From assembly GCA_964651655.1 (NCBI GenBank), contig CAZYVS010000001.1, forward strand, positions 77,173-141,172: a DNA stretch of 64,000 bases. Reading direction: 5' to 3'. The stretch's first letter is position 1. Each line of letters starts with the position of its first letter. Positions 19,136 through 27,837 of this stretch are shown here, piece by piece. Below the pieces are notes generated by a model, which worked only from the letters and a program-made list of their open reading frames with translations, made no database searches and was not told where the DNA came from. The position numbers and the translations under genes are program-made. This DNA is from an uncultured Candidatus Saccharibacteria bacterium. Its GTDB lineage: Bacteria; Patescibacteriota; Minisyncoccia; Phycocordibacterales; Zambryskibacteraceae.

Positions 19136-19747
19136 CTATTCTTCTTTCAATACTATAATTTCACTTTCCTTGTTATCCAGATCCTTCTTCTTTACCACAA
19201 ACTTGTCAAGCGAATCCACTTTTGTTTCCCCGCCTTCTTTTAGAAATTGTTCCAACGCAGTTTTCGTGTAATACATCGGGATGATAACGGACGGTTCCAA
19301 CGACACCGCGAGCTTGTAAGCGGAAACTGGATCAAGAGTCTCGCCGCCGATAGGCACAAATAAAATATCAATATCTTCCATGGCCTCAAGAATCTCGTCC
19401 GGCAGAGTGGCATTAGCCAGCACGCCAAGAAAACAAAGTTTCATTCCTTCAAAAGAAATAAGATAGATAGTGTTGATTTTCTTGGCTGGACCTTCGGAAA
19501 GAAAGCCCTTTATAAAAATATTTTTTACTTCATACTCGCCCGGACCATTTATGACGAAAGAGTCTTTGTTCCCTCTGGAAGTCTGTTCGCGTCCGTTAAA
19601 ATCAGGATGATCGGCGGTAATGAGAGTAATATCAGCGCCAAATCTTGTGGTCTTGAATTTGGAATCCTTGGATATCGGATTGAGCGCTAAAGTGATATCT
19701 CCGTGAGAGATTTTGAAACATTCCGCGCCGTGATAATTGATTATCAT
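19136..19747 (-). CDS. MBL-fold (Lactamase_B_3-like) protein
   Basis: GAECFKI, DHPDFN, GPGEYEV, DILFVPIGG, IIPM; metal ligands look partly degenerate. Confidence 0.8.
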   Translation of the reverse strand: MIINYHGAECFKISHGDITLALNPISKDSKFKTTRFGADITLITADHPDFNGREQTSRGNKDSFVINGPGEYEVKNIFIKGFLSEGPAKKINTIYLISFEGMKLCFLGVLANATLPDEILEAMEDIDILFVPIGGETLDPVSAYKLAVSLEPSVIIPMYYTKTALEQFLKEGGETKVDSLDKFVVKKKDLDNKESEIIVLKEE

Positions 19748-19820
19748 CTTGTCATTTTAACATAAAACGCTTGCATTGGCCAGCGCTTTCTGATAACTTA
19801 GCGAGGTGAGTTATTAGTCC

Positions 19821-19880
19821 CCGTTTTTGTTATCCCTCTAGGTCTGGCAACCGCAGAAGAACCTCGAGGACCGAAAACGG
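19821..19880 (+). promoter_or_regulatory. Structured leader upstream of rpsA
   Basis: CCGTTTTTG..TCCCTCTAGGT-CTG..CAG-ACCTCGAGGA..CGAAAACGG folds as an extended stem 10 nt before the TTG start. Confidence 0.45.
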
Positions 19881-19890
19881 CCAATCCAAC

Positions 19891-20967
19891 TTGACTGCTC
19901 AAACAACAGACGTTGACGCATTCTTAAAAAATATTCCCAATCCTCCATCCATAGATGAGCTGGTGGAAGGACCGGTTATCAGCGTTGATAAGGGCGCGGT
20001 TTATATTGACTTGCCGCCTTTCGGTACCGGTATTATCTACGGCCGCGAATTTATCAACGCCAGAGATATTATCAAAAAAATTAACGTCAATGACATTGTC
20101 GCCGGCAAAATCATCGGCATCGGCGGCAAAGAAGGTTACATTGAAATCTCTCTCAAAGAAGCGCGCCAAGCGCTTATCTGGAGCGAGGCGGAAGAAGCTA
20201 TTCGCGAGAAACGCATCTTTGAATTGTCGGTGACTGATGCCAATAAGGGCGGTCTTATCATTAATTGGCAGGGTCTTTCCGGATTCTTGCCCGCTTCCCA
20301 GCTTAAACCGGAACATTACCCGCGCATTGCCGACGGCGATAAAGACAAAATTCTGGACGAATTGAGAAAATTTGTCGGGGAAAAACTGTCGGTTACTATC
20401 ATCGGCGTCAATCCGAAAGAAGGCAAACTGATTTTTTCCGAGAAAAGTCCGGAAACCAAAGACAAAGAAAACATCGTGGCCCATTACGCGTTAGACGACG
20501 AACTTATTGGAGAAGTCACCGGTCTTGTTGATTTCGGCGTCTTTATAAAACTTGAAGAAGGCTTGGAAGGGTTGGTGCATATTTCGGAAATCGATTGGGG
20601 TCTTGTGGAAAATCCTAAAACGATGTTTAAGATCGGCGAGAAAGTCAGAGTCAAAGTGATTGAAATCAAGGACGATAAAATTTCTCTCTCCATTAAGGCG
20701 CTCAAAGAAAATCCCTGGAAGGAAGCGGAGAAAAAATATAAAAAAGATACTCTGGTCGACGGTGTCATTATCAAATTCAATAAATACGGAGCACTCGCCT
20801 CGATCGAAGAGGGCGTGGCCGGCCTAGTGCATGTTTCCGAATTCGGTTCGGAAGAAAAATTGCGCGAGAAACTTGAAATGGGTAAAGTTTACACCTTCAA
20901 AATAACCCTCTTTGACCCGAAGGAGCAAAAGATGGCCCTCTCTTTCGTCGATAAAAACAAGAACTAG
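19891..20967 (+). CDS. rpsA: 30S ribosomal protein S1 (four S1 domains)
   Basis: NKGGL, GFLPASQL, DFGVF..L..G.EGLVHISEI, GLVHVSE. Confidence 0.9.
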   Translation: MTAQTTDVDAFLKNIPNPPSIDELVEGPVISVDKGAVYIDLPPFGTGIIYGREFINARDIIKKINVNDIVAGKIIGIGGKEGYIEISLKEARQALIWSEAEEAIREKRIFELSVTDANKGGLIINWQGLSGFLPASQLKPEHYPRIADGDKDKILDELRKFVGEKLSVTIIGVNPKEGKLIFSEKSPETKDKENIVAHYALDDELIGEVTGLVDFGVFIKLEEGLEGLVHISEIDWGLVENPKTMFKIGEKVRVKVIEIKDDKISLSIKALKENPWKEAEKKYKKDTLVDGVIIKFNKYGALASIEEGVAGLVHVSEFGSEEKLREKLEMGKVYTFKITLFDPKEQKMALSFVDKNKN

Positions 20968-21449
20968 GAATTAAACTTCGTCATGGCACGGGTAAGACCA
21001 CTTTCGACGATTGTTTCTATGGCCTCTTGGACCCGCTTAAAAACTTTTTTTAAAACTTCATACTCTGACTTTTTAAATTCGCTAAGAATATATTTTTCTA
21101 CTTCCACATTCCTGTCTATGCCAATGCGAATACGGATAAATTCCTTAGTCTTGAGAGCTTTAATGATAGATTCCACCCCCTTGTGCCCGCCAGAACCCCT
21201 GTTATAAGAAATTTTTATAGCGCCCAACGGCAGATCAAGATCGTCATAAATAACAATGAGTTTCTTGGCGCTCTTGCCCACCATAGCTTTAGCGACGGCG
21301 CTTCCGGAATTGTTCATGAAAGTGTCAGGTGTCACTACCCTTATCCCTTCAATTTTGCCGGCAATAAAATCCGCTGCCATACGCCCCGTGTTGTGCCGAG
21401 TGCGCGCGTATTCTTCTCCGGAATTGCCCAAACCCACGATGATATACAT
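20964..21449 (-). CDS. pth: Peptidyl-tRNA hydrolase
   Basis: IVGLGN, TRHN.G, TFMNNSG, YDDLDLP.G, GSGGHKG, RIRIGI. Confidence 0.95.
   Translation of the reverse strand: MYIIVGLGNSGEEYARTRHNTGRMAADFIAGKIEGIRVVTPDTFMNNSGSAVAKAMVGKSAKKLIVIYDDLDLPLGAIKISYNRGSGGHKGVESIIKALKTKEFIRIRIGIDRNVEVEKYILSEFKKSEYEVLKKVFKRVQEAIETIVESGLTRAMTKFNS
21274..21300. repeat. Family-B palindromic repeat inside pth
   Basis: TTGCCCACCATAGCTTTAGCGACGGCG; intergenic relatives at 31164-31190 and 31718-31748. Confidence 0.65.
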
Positions 21450-21496
21450 AATGCTATTGTGTCAAATCAAATTAGATAATACAATCTTAGTAAATT

Positions 21497-22027
21497 ATGA
21501 ATTCAAAATTTTGGAAAGAGCTGGTGAAATTAATTTTCCTTTCTCTTCTGATAGTCGTACCATTCCGCCTTTACATCGCCCAGCCTTTCATAGTGGAAGG
21601 GTCGTCAATGGACCCAACATTTGAAACGGGAGACTATCTCATTGTTGATGAATTTACCTATCACTTCAAAACTCCGGAACGCGGCTCTGTCCTAATCTTT
21701 AAATATCCCAGAGATCCAAAAAAATCTTTTATTAAACGCGTGATTGGTCTGCCGGGCGAAAAGGTATCAATCTCAAATGGACAAATTACCATTGTAAACA
21801 CCGAACACCCTGAAGGATTCAGCCTCGATGAACCATATGTGAAATTAGTCAAGAAAGACAGCGCGGATTATATTATTGGCGAAGATGAATATTTTGTTTT
21901 GGGAGATAATCGTCTTGCCAGCGCCGATTCGCGAATCTGGGGTCCCGTGCCCAAGGTTAATCTTGTGGGCCGACCGATTATCCGTTTTTTCCCTCCGACA
22001 CTTTTCCCGGGTGATAATTCTAAATGA
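21497..22027 (+). CDS. lepB: Signal peptidase I
   Basis: GSSMDPT, FIKRVIGLPG, GDNR..S.DSR. Confidence 0.95.
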   Translation: MNSKFWKELVKLIFLSLLIVVPFRLYIAQPFIVEGSSMDPTFETGDYLIVDEFTYHFKTPERGSVLIFKYPRDPKKSFIKRVIGLPGEKVSISNGQITIVNTEHPEGFSLDEPYVKLVKKDSADYIIGEDEYFVLGDNRLASADSRIWGPVPKVNLVGRPIIRFFPPTLFPGDNSK

Positions 22028-23181
22028 TATCAAAACAACGCCTACGATCGGAAAAGGAGTTGGATAAATTTGATAGAGCTCTTGTCGTTGCCGCCTATTT
22101 TGGGTTTCTTCCCATTGTAGCGCCTAAAATCATCAAACGTGATATTGAATTAACCAAACATTGCGGAAACCATCCATATTATGATGCGGCCGAGAAGGCC
22201 TCAATCATGCGCACATATCTGGAAGAAGATCTCGCTTCCAGACCTCATCCATTTGCTCTGGTCTATAAGAAACACGCTTCGAGGAAAAAATTTGGCAATT
22301 ACGCTCTTCACTTTATTGGCTCGCCTTCGGGAGTGGCGGAAGCGACTCTTATGCGCGCCACGCTCTCCATTCTATCGGAAGAAGGATATAAAAATGTAAG
22401 CGTAGAAATAAACTGCATCGGCGATCGGGAGTCTATCAACGCATACGAACGGGAGCTGATAAACCATGTACGCAAATTCGGAACAAACTTATCGGATGAG
22501 TGGAGACAAAATCTAAAAGAAGACATTTTTAATATTTTTAGACTCGAAACACCGGAAGCCCTGGAGCTTGTTAAATCAGCCCCTTCCTCAATTAATTTTC
22601 TTTCTTTGCCAAGCCGAGTCTATTTTAAAGAAGTGCTTGAATATATTGAAGCCCTTGGCATAGATTTCCGCCTCACACCGGCGCTTGTGGGAGAGAAAAA
22701 TCACGCTTCCCACACTATTTTTGCCATTAGAAACATCGAAAATAAAAATACCAATACTTTGGCTGTCGGCTATCGTTACTCGCGGCTGTCGCGTTTCTTT
22801 GGATTAAGGAAAGAAGTTCCGATGGCCGGAGTAAGCATCTTTTTGACCTCAGCCGGCAATGTTGTTCAAAAACGCTTCTATAAGAAACTGCCCCAACCGA
22901 AATTTTATCTGGTTCAATTGGGCAAAGAGGCGAAAATTAAGACTCTCTCGCTCGTAGAACTTTTACGCGTTCATCGGATTCCACTGCACCACTTTATCGG
23001 CAAAGACAAAATTACCGCCCAACTTTCAAACGCCGAAAATTTGCGCGTTCCCTATCTCATAATAATCGGCCAGAAAGAAGCTCTTGACAACACCGCCACA
23101 ATCAGAAATGTCAGCACGCGGGCTCAAGACACGGTCAAAATAGCCGACCTTCCGCGTTATCTAAAAAATATTACGCTCTAA
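22024..23181 (+). CDS. Degenerate histidyl-tRNA synthetase-like protein with anticodon-binding domain
   Basis: HisRS-like tail (FYLVQLG..AK, QL..A....VPY.IIIGQKE) and EIN.IG...S; class II motif 2/3 look eroded. Confidence 0.7.
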   Translation: MISKQRLRSEKELDKFDRALVVAAYFGFLPIVAPKIIKRDIELTKHCGNHPYYDAAEKASIMRTYLEEDLASRPHPFALVYKKHASRKKFGNYALHFIGSPSGVAEATLMRATLSILSEEGYKNVSVEINCIGDRESINAYERELINHVRKFGTNLSDEWRQNLKEDIFNIFRLETPEALELVKSAPSSINFLSLPSRVYFKEVLEYIEALGIDFRLTPALVGEKNHASHTIFAIRNIENKNTNTLAVGYRYSRLSRFFGLRKEVPMAGVSIFLTSAGNVVQKRFYKKLPQPKFYLVQLGKEAKIKTLSLVELLRVHRIPLHHFIGKDKITAQLSNAENLRVPYLIIIGQKEALDNTATIRNVSTRAQDTVKIADLPRYLKNITL

Positions 23182-23719
23182 CTTTCGTCTTAAGATACTT
23201 CAGCATTGTTTCGGCGTCGCTCACTGTAAACGGGTCGCCCGAACAGTTATCTACAAATCCCGGCTCTATGAACATTTTCTTGATTTTCCCGTCTTCCACA
23301 TACATACTGTAACGCCAAGAACGCTTGCCGAAACCGAGATTATCTTTCTTGACAAGCATGCCCATTTTTTCAGTAAACAAACCGGAACCGTCGGGCAGAA
23401 ATTTTACATTCTTGACTCCTTGTATTTTACCCCATTGAAACATGACAAAAGCGTCGTTGACGGAAAGACAGATAACTTCATCAATACCAAGTTTTTTGAA
23501 TTTGGCATAATTTTTTTCATAGCCCGGGAGATGGGTGGAGGAACAGATTGGCGTAAAGGCGCCAGGAAGCGAAAACAGGACAATCTTCTTACCGCCGAAG
23601 ATTGCGTCGCTTGTAACATTCTGCCAGCGAAAAGGATTTGGACCTTTAATCTTTGCATCTCTGACACGAGTTTTAAAAACTACTTGGGGTACCTGTTTGG
23701 GTGTTTTCATGTCTAGCAT
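23171..23719 (-). CDS. Peroxiredoxin (PRX5 type)
   Basis: LPGAFTPICSSTHLP, SVNDAFVM..W, RSWRYSM. Confidence 0.95.
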   Translation of the reverse strand: MLDMKTPKQVPQVVFKTRVRDAKIKGPNPFRWQNVTSDAIFGGKKIVLFSLPGAFTPICSSTHLPGYEKNYAKFKKLGIDEVICLSVNDAFVMFQWGKIQGVKNVKFLPDGSGLFTEKMGMLVKKDNLGFGKRSWRYSMYVEDGKIKKMFIEPGFVDNCSGDPFTVSDAETMLKYLKTKVRA

Positions 23720-23761
23720 TATAAACTAAAACGTGTTAGAGTGGCAAACGCGATGCAAACA

Positions 23762-24013
23762 ATGATAAACGTGGAGATTGTAAAAGGGGCGAATGAAAAT
23801 AATTTGAGCGCGCTTAGACGCTTTACTAAACGCGTGCAATCATCAGGGGTTTTGCCGAGGGTCCGCTCCAAACGCTACGCTCAACAAATCCCCTCTCGCA
23901 ACACCAGACATGCGAAACGTATCAATTTTCTTAAAAAGAAAGAGGTCATGGCCGAGCTTCTTAAACTTGGCAAATTAAGCGAAGTCAGTAAATTTACCCG
24001 CCGCCGCAGATAG
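23762..24013 (+). CDS. rpsU: Ribosomal protein bS21-like
   Basis: NE....ALRRF.KRV..SGVL...R.KRY pattern; highly basic; start taken at ATG 23762. Confidence 0.65.
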   Translation: MINVEIVKGANENNLSALRRFTKRVQSSGVLPRVRSKRYAQQIPSRNTRHAKRINFLKKKEVMAELLKLGKLSEVSKFTRRRR

Positions 24014-24029
24014 TGTAGGAATTTACAAT

Positions 24030-24389
24030 TTGCAATTTTCAATTAAAAATACGACACGGAAAAAGATTCCCGGGGTTCCATTTAAAAAGATTAAAGAACA
24101 AGTGCTGGGCAAAAAATATGAGCTATCACTGGTCTTTTGCGACAACGCGCTCTCCCGCAAACTAAATTCAACCTACCGTCAAAAAGATAGGGCAACCAAC
24201 GTCCTCTCTTTTGAAATTTCGTCCAATTCCGGAGAAATTTTCATAAACCTCTCACAGACAAAAATTTTTTCCGCTGAAAAACTCTTTATCCACGGCCTCT
24301 TGCATTTGAAAGGAATGGAACACGGAGATACAATGGAGCAGACAGAAAAAAAATTATTACATGGCGCGTCAAATCGTAGTCGGCATTGA
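24030..24389 (+). CDS. ybeY: rRNA maturation RNase YbeY
   Basis: LN..YR.KD.ATNVLSF, GEIFI, HGLLHL.G..H. Confidence 0.92.
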   Translation: MQFSIKNTTRKKIPGVPFKKIKEQVLGKKYELSLVFCDNALSRKLNSTYRQKDRATNVLSFEISSNSGEIFINLSQTKIFSAEKLFIHGLLHLKGMEHGDTMEQTEKKLLHGASNRSRH

Positions 24390-25563
24390 TATAGGAACTT
24401 CTTGGACCAAGGTCATTATTGCCGAGGGGATAGTTGAGCATGAGCATTTGGCGCTAAAGATTGTCGGCACCGGCTCGAGCGAATCGAGGGGTGTTTGTCG
24501 AGGTTATATTGACAATCCGGACGAAACGGCCAGAAGCATCAAGTTAGCCGTTGAACGAGCTGAAAAGGTTGCCGGTATAAAGGTCAAGCGCGCCTATGTT
24601 TCTTTTGGCGGCGTTGGTCTTGGCAGCGCGATAGCCAATGGTTCGGTGGTTATATCCAAAGCGGATCTCGAGGTAACCGATAGAGATATCTCATCGGCGT
24701 TGGAGGCGGCCGAGGCCGCTATCCCGAAAGCCGTTTCTATTAATAGAAAAATTATCAACACGGTTCCGATTGAATATAAAATAGACGGACAAACTGTCTG
24801 GGGGCAAGCCGTAGGACTGAAGGCGGAAAAACTTGAAGTGAAAGCTCTTTTCATCACCTGTTTGGAACATCATCTTAATACCCTGATAAGCACTGTTGAA
24901 ATGATTGGCATAGAAGTGGCGGATGTGGTGGCGGCGCCGGTCGCTCTTAGTTTTGTCACTCTTTCTAAAAAACAAAAGCGGGTCGGCTGTCTTTTGATCG
25001 ATATCGGAGCCGAAACGTTATCCATGGTCGTTTTTGAAAACAATAATTTAATCTCATTGGAGGTCTTTCCCGTCGGCGGCGGCGATATCACTAATGACAT
25101 CGCCCTGGGATTGAAAGTTGCGCCCGAGGAAGCCGAGAATATTAAAGTCGGTTCGGACAGAAGACTGACGTATCCGAAAAAGAAGCTTGAGGATATTATC
25201 AAATCGCGATTGAATGATTATTTTGATCTCATTGAAACGCATCTGAAATCAATCGGCCGAAACGCCCTCTTGCCGGCGGGCATTATTATCGCCGGCGGCG
25301 TCGCGTCCACACCGGAGATAAAAAATCTGGCAGAAAATGCTCTCAAACTTCCATCTCAATTGGCAGAAGTATATTTTGGAAATACGACGGAGGGAAAAAT
25401 TAAGGATCGCACTTGGGCTGTGGCCTGCGGTCTTTTGGTAGTCGGATTCAACGGTGAGGGTGTCGGACACTCTTTAGGAATTCGAAACGGTTCTCTGATT
25501 AAAGAAGGCGGCCTGCGTTGGAGTAGAGCCGTGTCGCGTTGGATTTCCCAATTTTTGCCCTAA
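24361..25563 (+). CDS. ftsA: Cell division protein FtsA
   Basis: GIDIGTS, IDIGAET, GG..IT.DIA..L, GIIIAGG; precedes ftsZ. Confidence 0.95.
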   Translation: MARQIVVGIDIGTSWTKVIIAEGIVEHEHLALKIVGTGSSESRGVCRGYIDNPDETARSIKLAVERAEKVAGIKVKRAYVSFGGVGLGSAIANGSVVISKADLEVTDRDISSALEAAEAAIPKAVSINRKIINTVPIEYKIDGQTVWGQAVGLKAEKLEVKALFITCLEHHLNTLISTVEMIGIEVADVVAAPVALSFVTLSKKQKRVGCLLIDIGAETLSMVVFENNNLISLEVFPVGGGDITNDIALGLKVAPEEAENIKVGSDRRLTYPKKKLEDIIKSRLNDYFDLIETHLKSIGRNALLPAGIIIAGGVASTPEIKNLAENALKLPSQLAEVYFGNTTEGKIKDRTWAVACGLLVVGFNGEGVGHSLGIRNGSLIKEGGLRWSRAVSRWISQFLP

Positions 25564-25653
25564 AACGAGAAGACACAACTTAAATTAAGTCAACTACTTT
25601 CATTTTAATTCTCTTCTGGTAAGATGGACGCATCTAAAAATTAATTCAAGAGT

Positions 25654-26871
25654 ATGCCGCAAATCAAACCAGAAGTAGAGTCGTTTGCCCGAATTAAAGT
25701 CATTGGTATAGGCGGTTCCGGTAAAAACACCGTTAATCACATGATTAACTCCAAGGTCAGGGGCGTTGACTTCATAGCGGCCAACACGGATGTTCAGGAC
25801 CTGCATCACTCGCTAGCCAAAAAGAAAATTCATATCGGCAAGAACTTAACTCGTGGCCTCGGTACCGGCATGAATCCAGAACTTGGCAAACGCGCTGTTG
25901 AAGAAACAAAAGAAGAAATTCAGGAAGCAATCAAAGGGGCCGATATGGTTTTTATCGCCGGAGGTATGGGAGGAGGAACAGCTTCCGGCGCCGCGCCCGT
26001 TGTCGCTCGCACGGCCAAAGAGAATGGATGCTTGACGGTGGCGGTCGTGACTAAACCGTTCTTTTTCGAAGGCACGCAGAGAATGAAAATCGCGGAAACG
26101 GCTATTGAAGAACTGAAACAGGCGGTTGACGCTCTCATTATTATTCCAAATGACCGTTTGCTTCAAACTGTAGAAAAAGACATTACGGCTAAAAATGCTT
26201 TTGCTATTTGCGACAATATTTTAAGAGAAGCGGTCGAGGGTATTTCCGATCTTATCACCACTCCCGGCATTATTAATATTGATTTCGCGGATATTCGTTC
26301 GGTGATGGAGAATGCCGGGGCGGCGTTGATGGGCATCGGTTCCGCTTCGGGGGATAATCGGGCCGTGGATGCCGCCAGATTGGCTATTTCCTCCCCTCTT
26401 CTTGAAATATCAATCAACGGCGCCAAGGGCGTGCTCTTCTCAATAGCCGGCGGAGATGACGTCACTATGTTTGAAATTCAAGACGCCGCCAAGGTTATCA
26501 CCGAATCCGTAGACCATAATGCAAAAATTATTTTCGGTACGGTGCGGGACGATAAACTTAAAAAGGGCGAGTTGAAAATTACCGTTATTGCTTCAAACTT
26601 CTCCGATAATTATTCAAGAAAAGCGACCTCGCTCTTTCAAACTTTCGGTCGTAGCGACGAACCGGGCGGTAAAGAATCGCCAACCACGCCCGCGCACGGA
26701 CAGGTTGGCAAAATATTCAACACCGCCGTCCCTCCATCGCGCAAAGAAATTCATAAGCCGATAACGGAAGATAGAAAAACCGACAATAGGCCAACTCCAC
26801 CGCCGATAGAAAATAACGACGACGATTGGAGCGCCGTGCCGGCATTTCTCAGACGGTCAAAATTGAAGTAG
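25654..26871 (+). CDS. ftsZ: Cell division protein FtsZ
   Basis: GMGGGTASG, INIDFAD, C-terminal VPAFLRR. Confidence 0.98.
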   Translation: MPQIKPEVESFARIKVIGIGGSGKNTVNHMINSKVRGVDFIAANTDVQDLHHSLAKKKIHIGKNLTRGLGTGMNPELGKRAVEETKEEIQEAIKGADMVFIAGGMGGGTASGAAPVVARTAKENGCLTVAVVTKPFFFEGTQRMKIAETAIEELKQAVDALIIIPNDRLLQTVEKDITAKNAFAICDNILREAVEGISDLITTPGIINIDFADIRSVMENAGAALMGIGSASGDNRAVDAARLAISSPLLEISINGAKGVLFSIAGGDDVTMFEIQDAAKVITESVDHNAKIIFGTVRDDKLKKGELKITVIASNFSDNYSRKATSLFQTFGRSDEPGGKESPTTPAHGQVGKIFNTAVPPSRKEIHKPITEDRKTDNRPTPPPIENNDDDWSAVPAFLRRSKLK

Positions 26872-26880
26872 AATGGCAGA

Positions 26881-27819
26881 ATGTTTGATTTAATTATTAT
26901 CGGCGGCGGTCCCGCCGGCGCAGCCGCCGGTGTTTACGCGGCTCGCAAACGGCTCAAAACAATTTTAATCACCGAATCTTTCGGCGGACAGAGCACCGTA
27001 TCGGTCAATATTGAAAATTGGATTGGAACCAAAAGTATTTCCGGCGCCGATCTCGGCAGGGCGTTTGAAGAACACTTGCGTTCATCTGCCGGAGATTCGG
27101 TAGAAATAAAAACCGGAGACAAAGTAACTAACGTTGTCCAATCGGATGGCGCCCTTAAGGTAACCGCGGGAAACGACTCGTATACGGCAAGAACCGTGCT
27201 TATTACCACCGGCAGCGCGAGGAGAAAACTGGAAATTCCCGGCGCCAAAGAATTTGAAAATAAGGGTATTGTTTACTGCGCTTCTTGCGACGGACCCTTG
27301 TTTGCCGGCCAAGATGTGGCCGTGATCGGCGGCGGCAATGCCGCTTTTGAAACAGCCGCTCAACTTCTTGCTTATACCAAATCAGTGACTCTTCTTGTTC
27401 GTAGCGATAAGTTCAAAGCGGATGAAGTGACAGTGCAAAAAGTGCTTTCTCATCCAAATATGAAAGTTGTTAAAAATGCGGTACCTAAAGAAATTAAAGG
27501 TCGACCCCTCGACAAGCTCGGGGCAAGTAAATTTGTAAGCTCGCTTGTTTACGAGGCAGAAGGAGTGGAAAAAGAAATTCCCGTTACTGGGATATTCGTT
27601 GAAATCGGTTTGATTCCTACTACTGATTTTATCAAAGAGCTAATTTCTCTGAATAAATACGGGCAAATTCCGATTGACCCGAAAACTCAAAGAACAAAGA
27701 TAGACGGCATCTGGGCCGCCGGAGATTCTACAGACGGTTTGTATCATCAAAACAATATTGCCGCCGGCGATGCGGTCAAAGCGCTGGAAGATATTTACTT
27801 ATATTTGCACGCCAAGTAA
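26881..27819 (+). CDS. trxB: Thioredoxin reductase / AhpF-like FAD oxidoreductase
   Basis: GGGPAG, YCASCDG, VIGGGNAA, AAGD. Confidence 0.88.
   Translation: MFDLIIIGGGPAGAAAGVYAARKRLKTILITESFGGQSTVSVNIENWIGTKSISGADLGRAFEEHLRSSAGDSVEIKTGDKVTNVVQSDGALKVTAGNDSYTARTVLITTGSARRKLEIPGAKEFENKGIVYCASCDGPLFAGQDVAVIGGGNAAFETAAQLLAYTKSVTLLVRSDKFKADEVTVQKVLSHPNMKVVKNAVPKEIKGRPLDKLGASKFVSSLVYEAEGVEKEIPVTGIFVEIGLIPTTDFIKELISLNKYGQIPIDPKTQRTKIDGIWAAGDSTDGLYHQNNIAAGDAVKALEDIYLYLHAK
27505..27527 (+). repeat. Family-A palindromic repeat inside trxB
   Basis: CCCCTCGACAAGCTCGGGGCAAG, encoding PLDKLGAS. Confidence 0.75.
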
Positions 27820-27837
27820 ACCAGTTGGACATGACTT

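Noticed and set aside
26683-26710. Possible palindromic insert in the FtsZ linker (PAHGQVG)
   Set aside because: Weak symmetry, no sibling copy in the window, and the linker is naturally variable.
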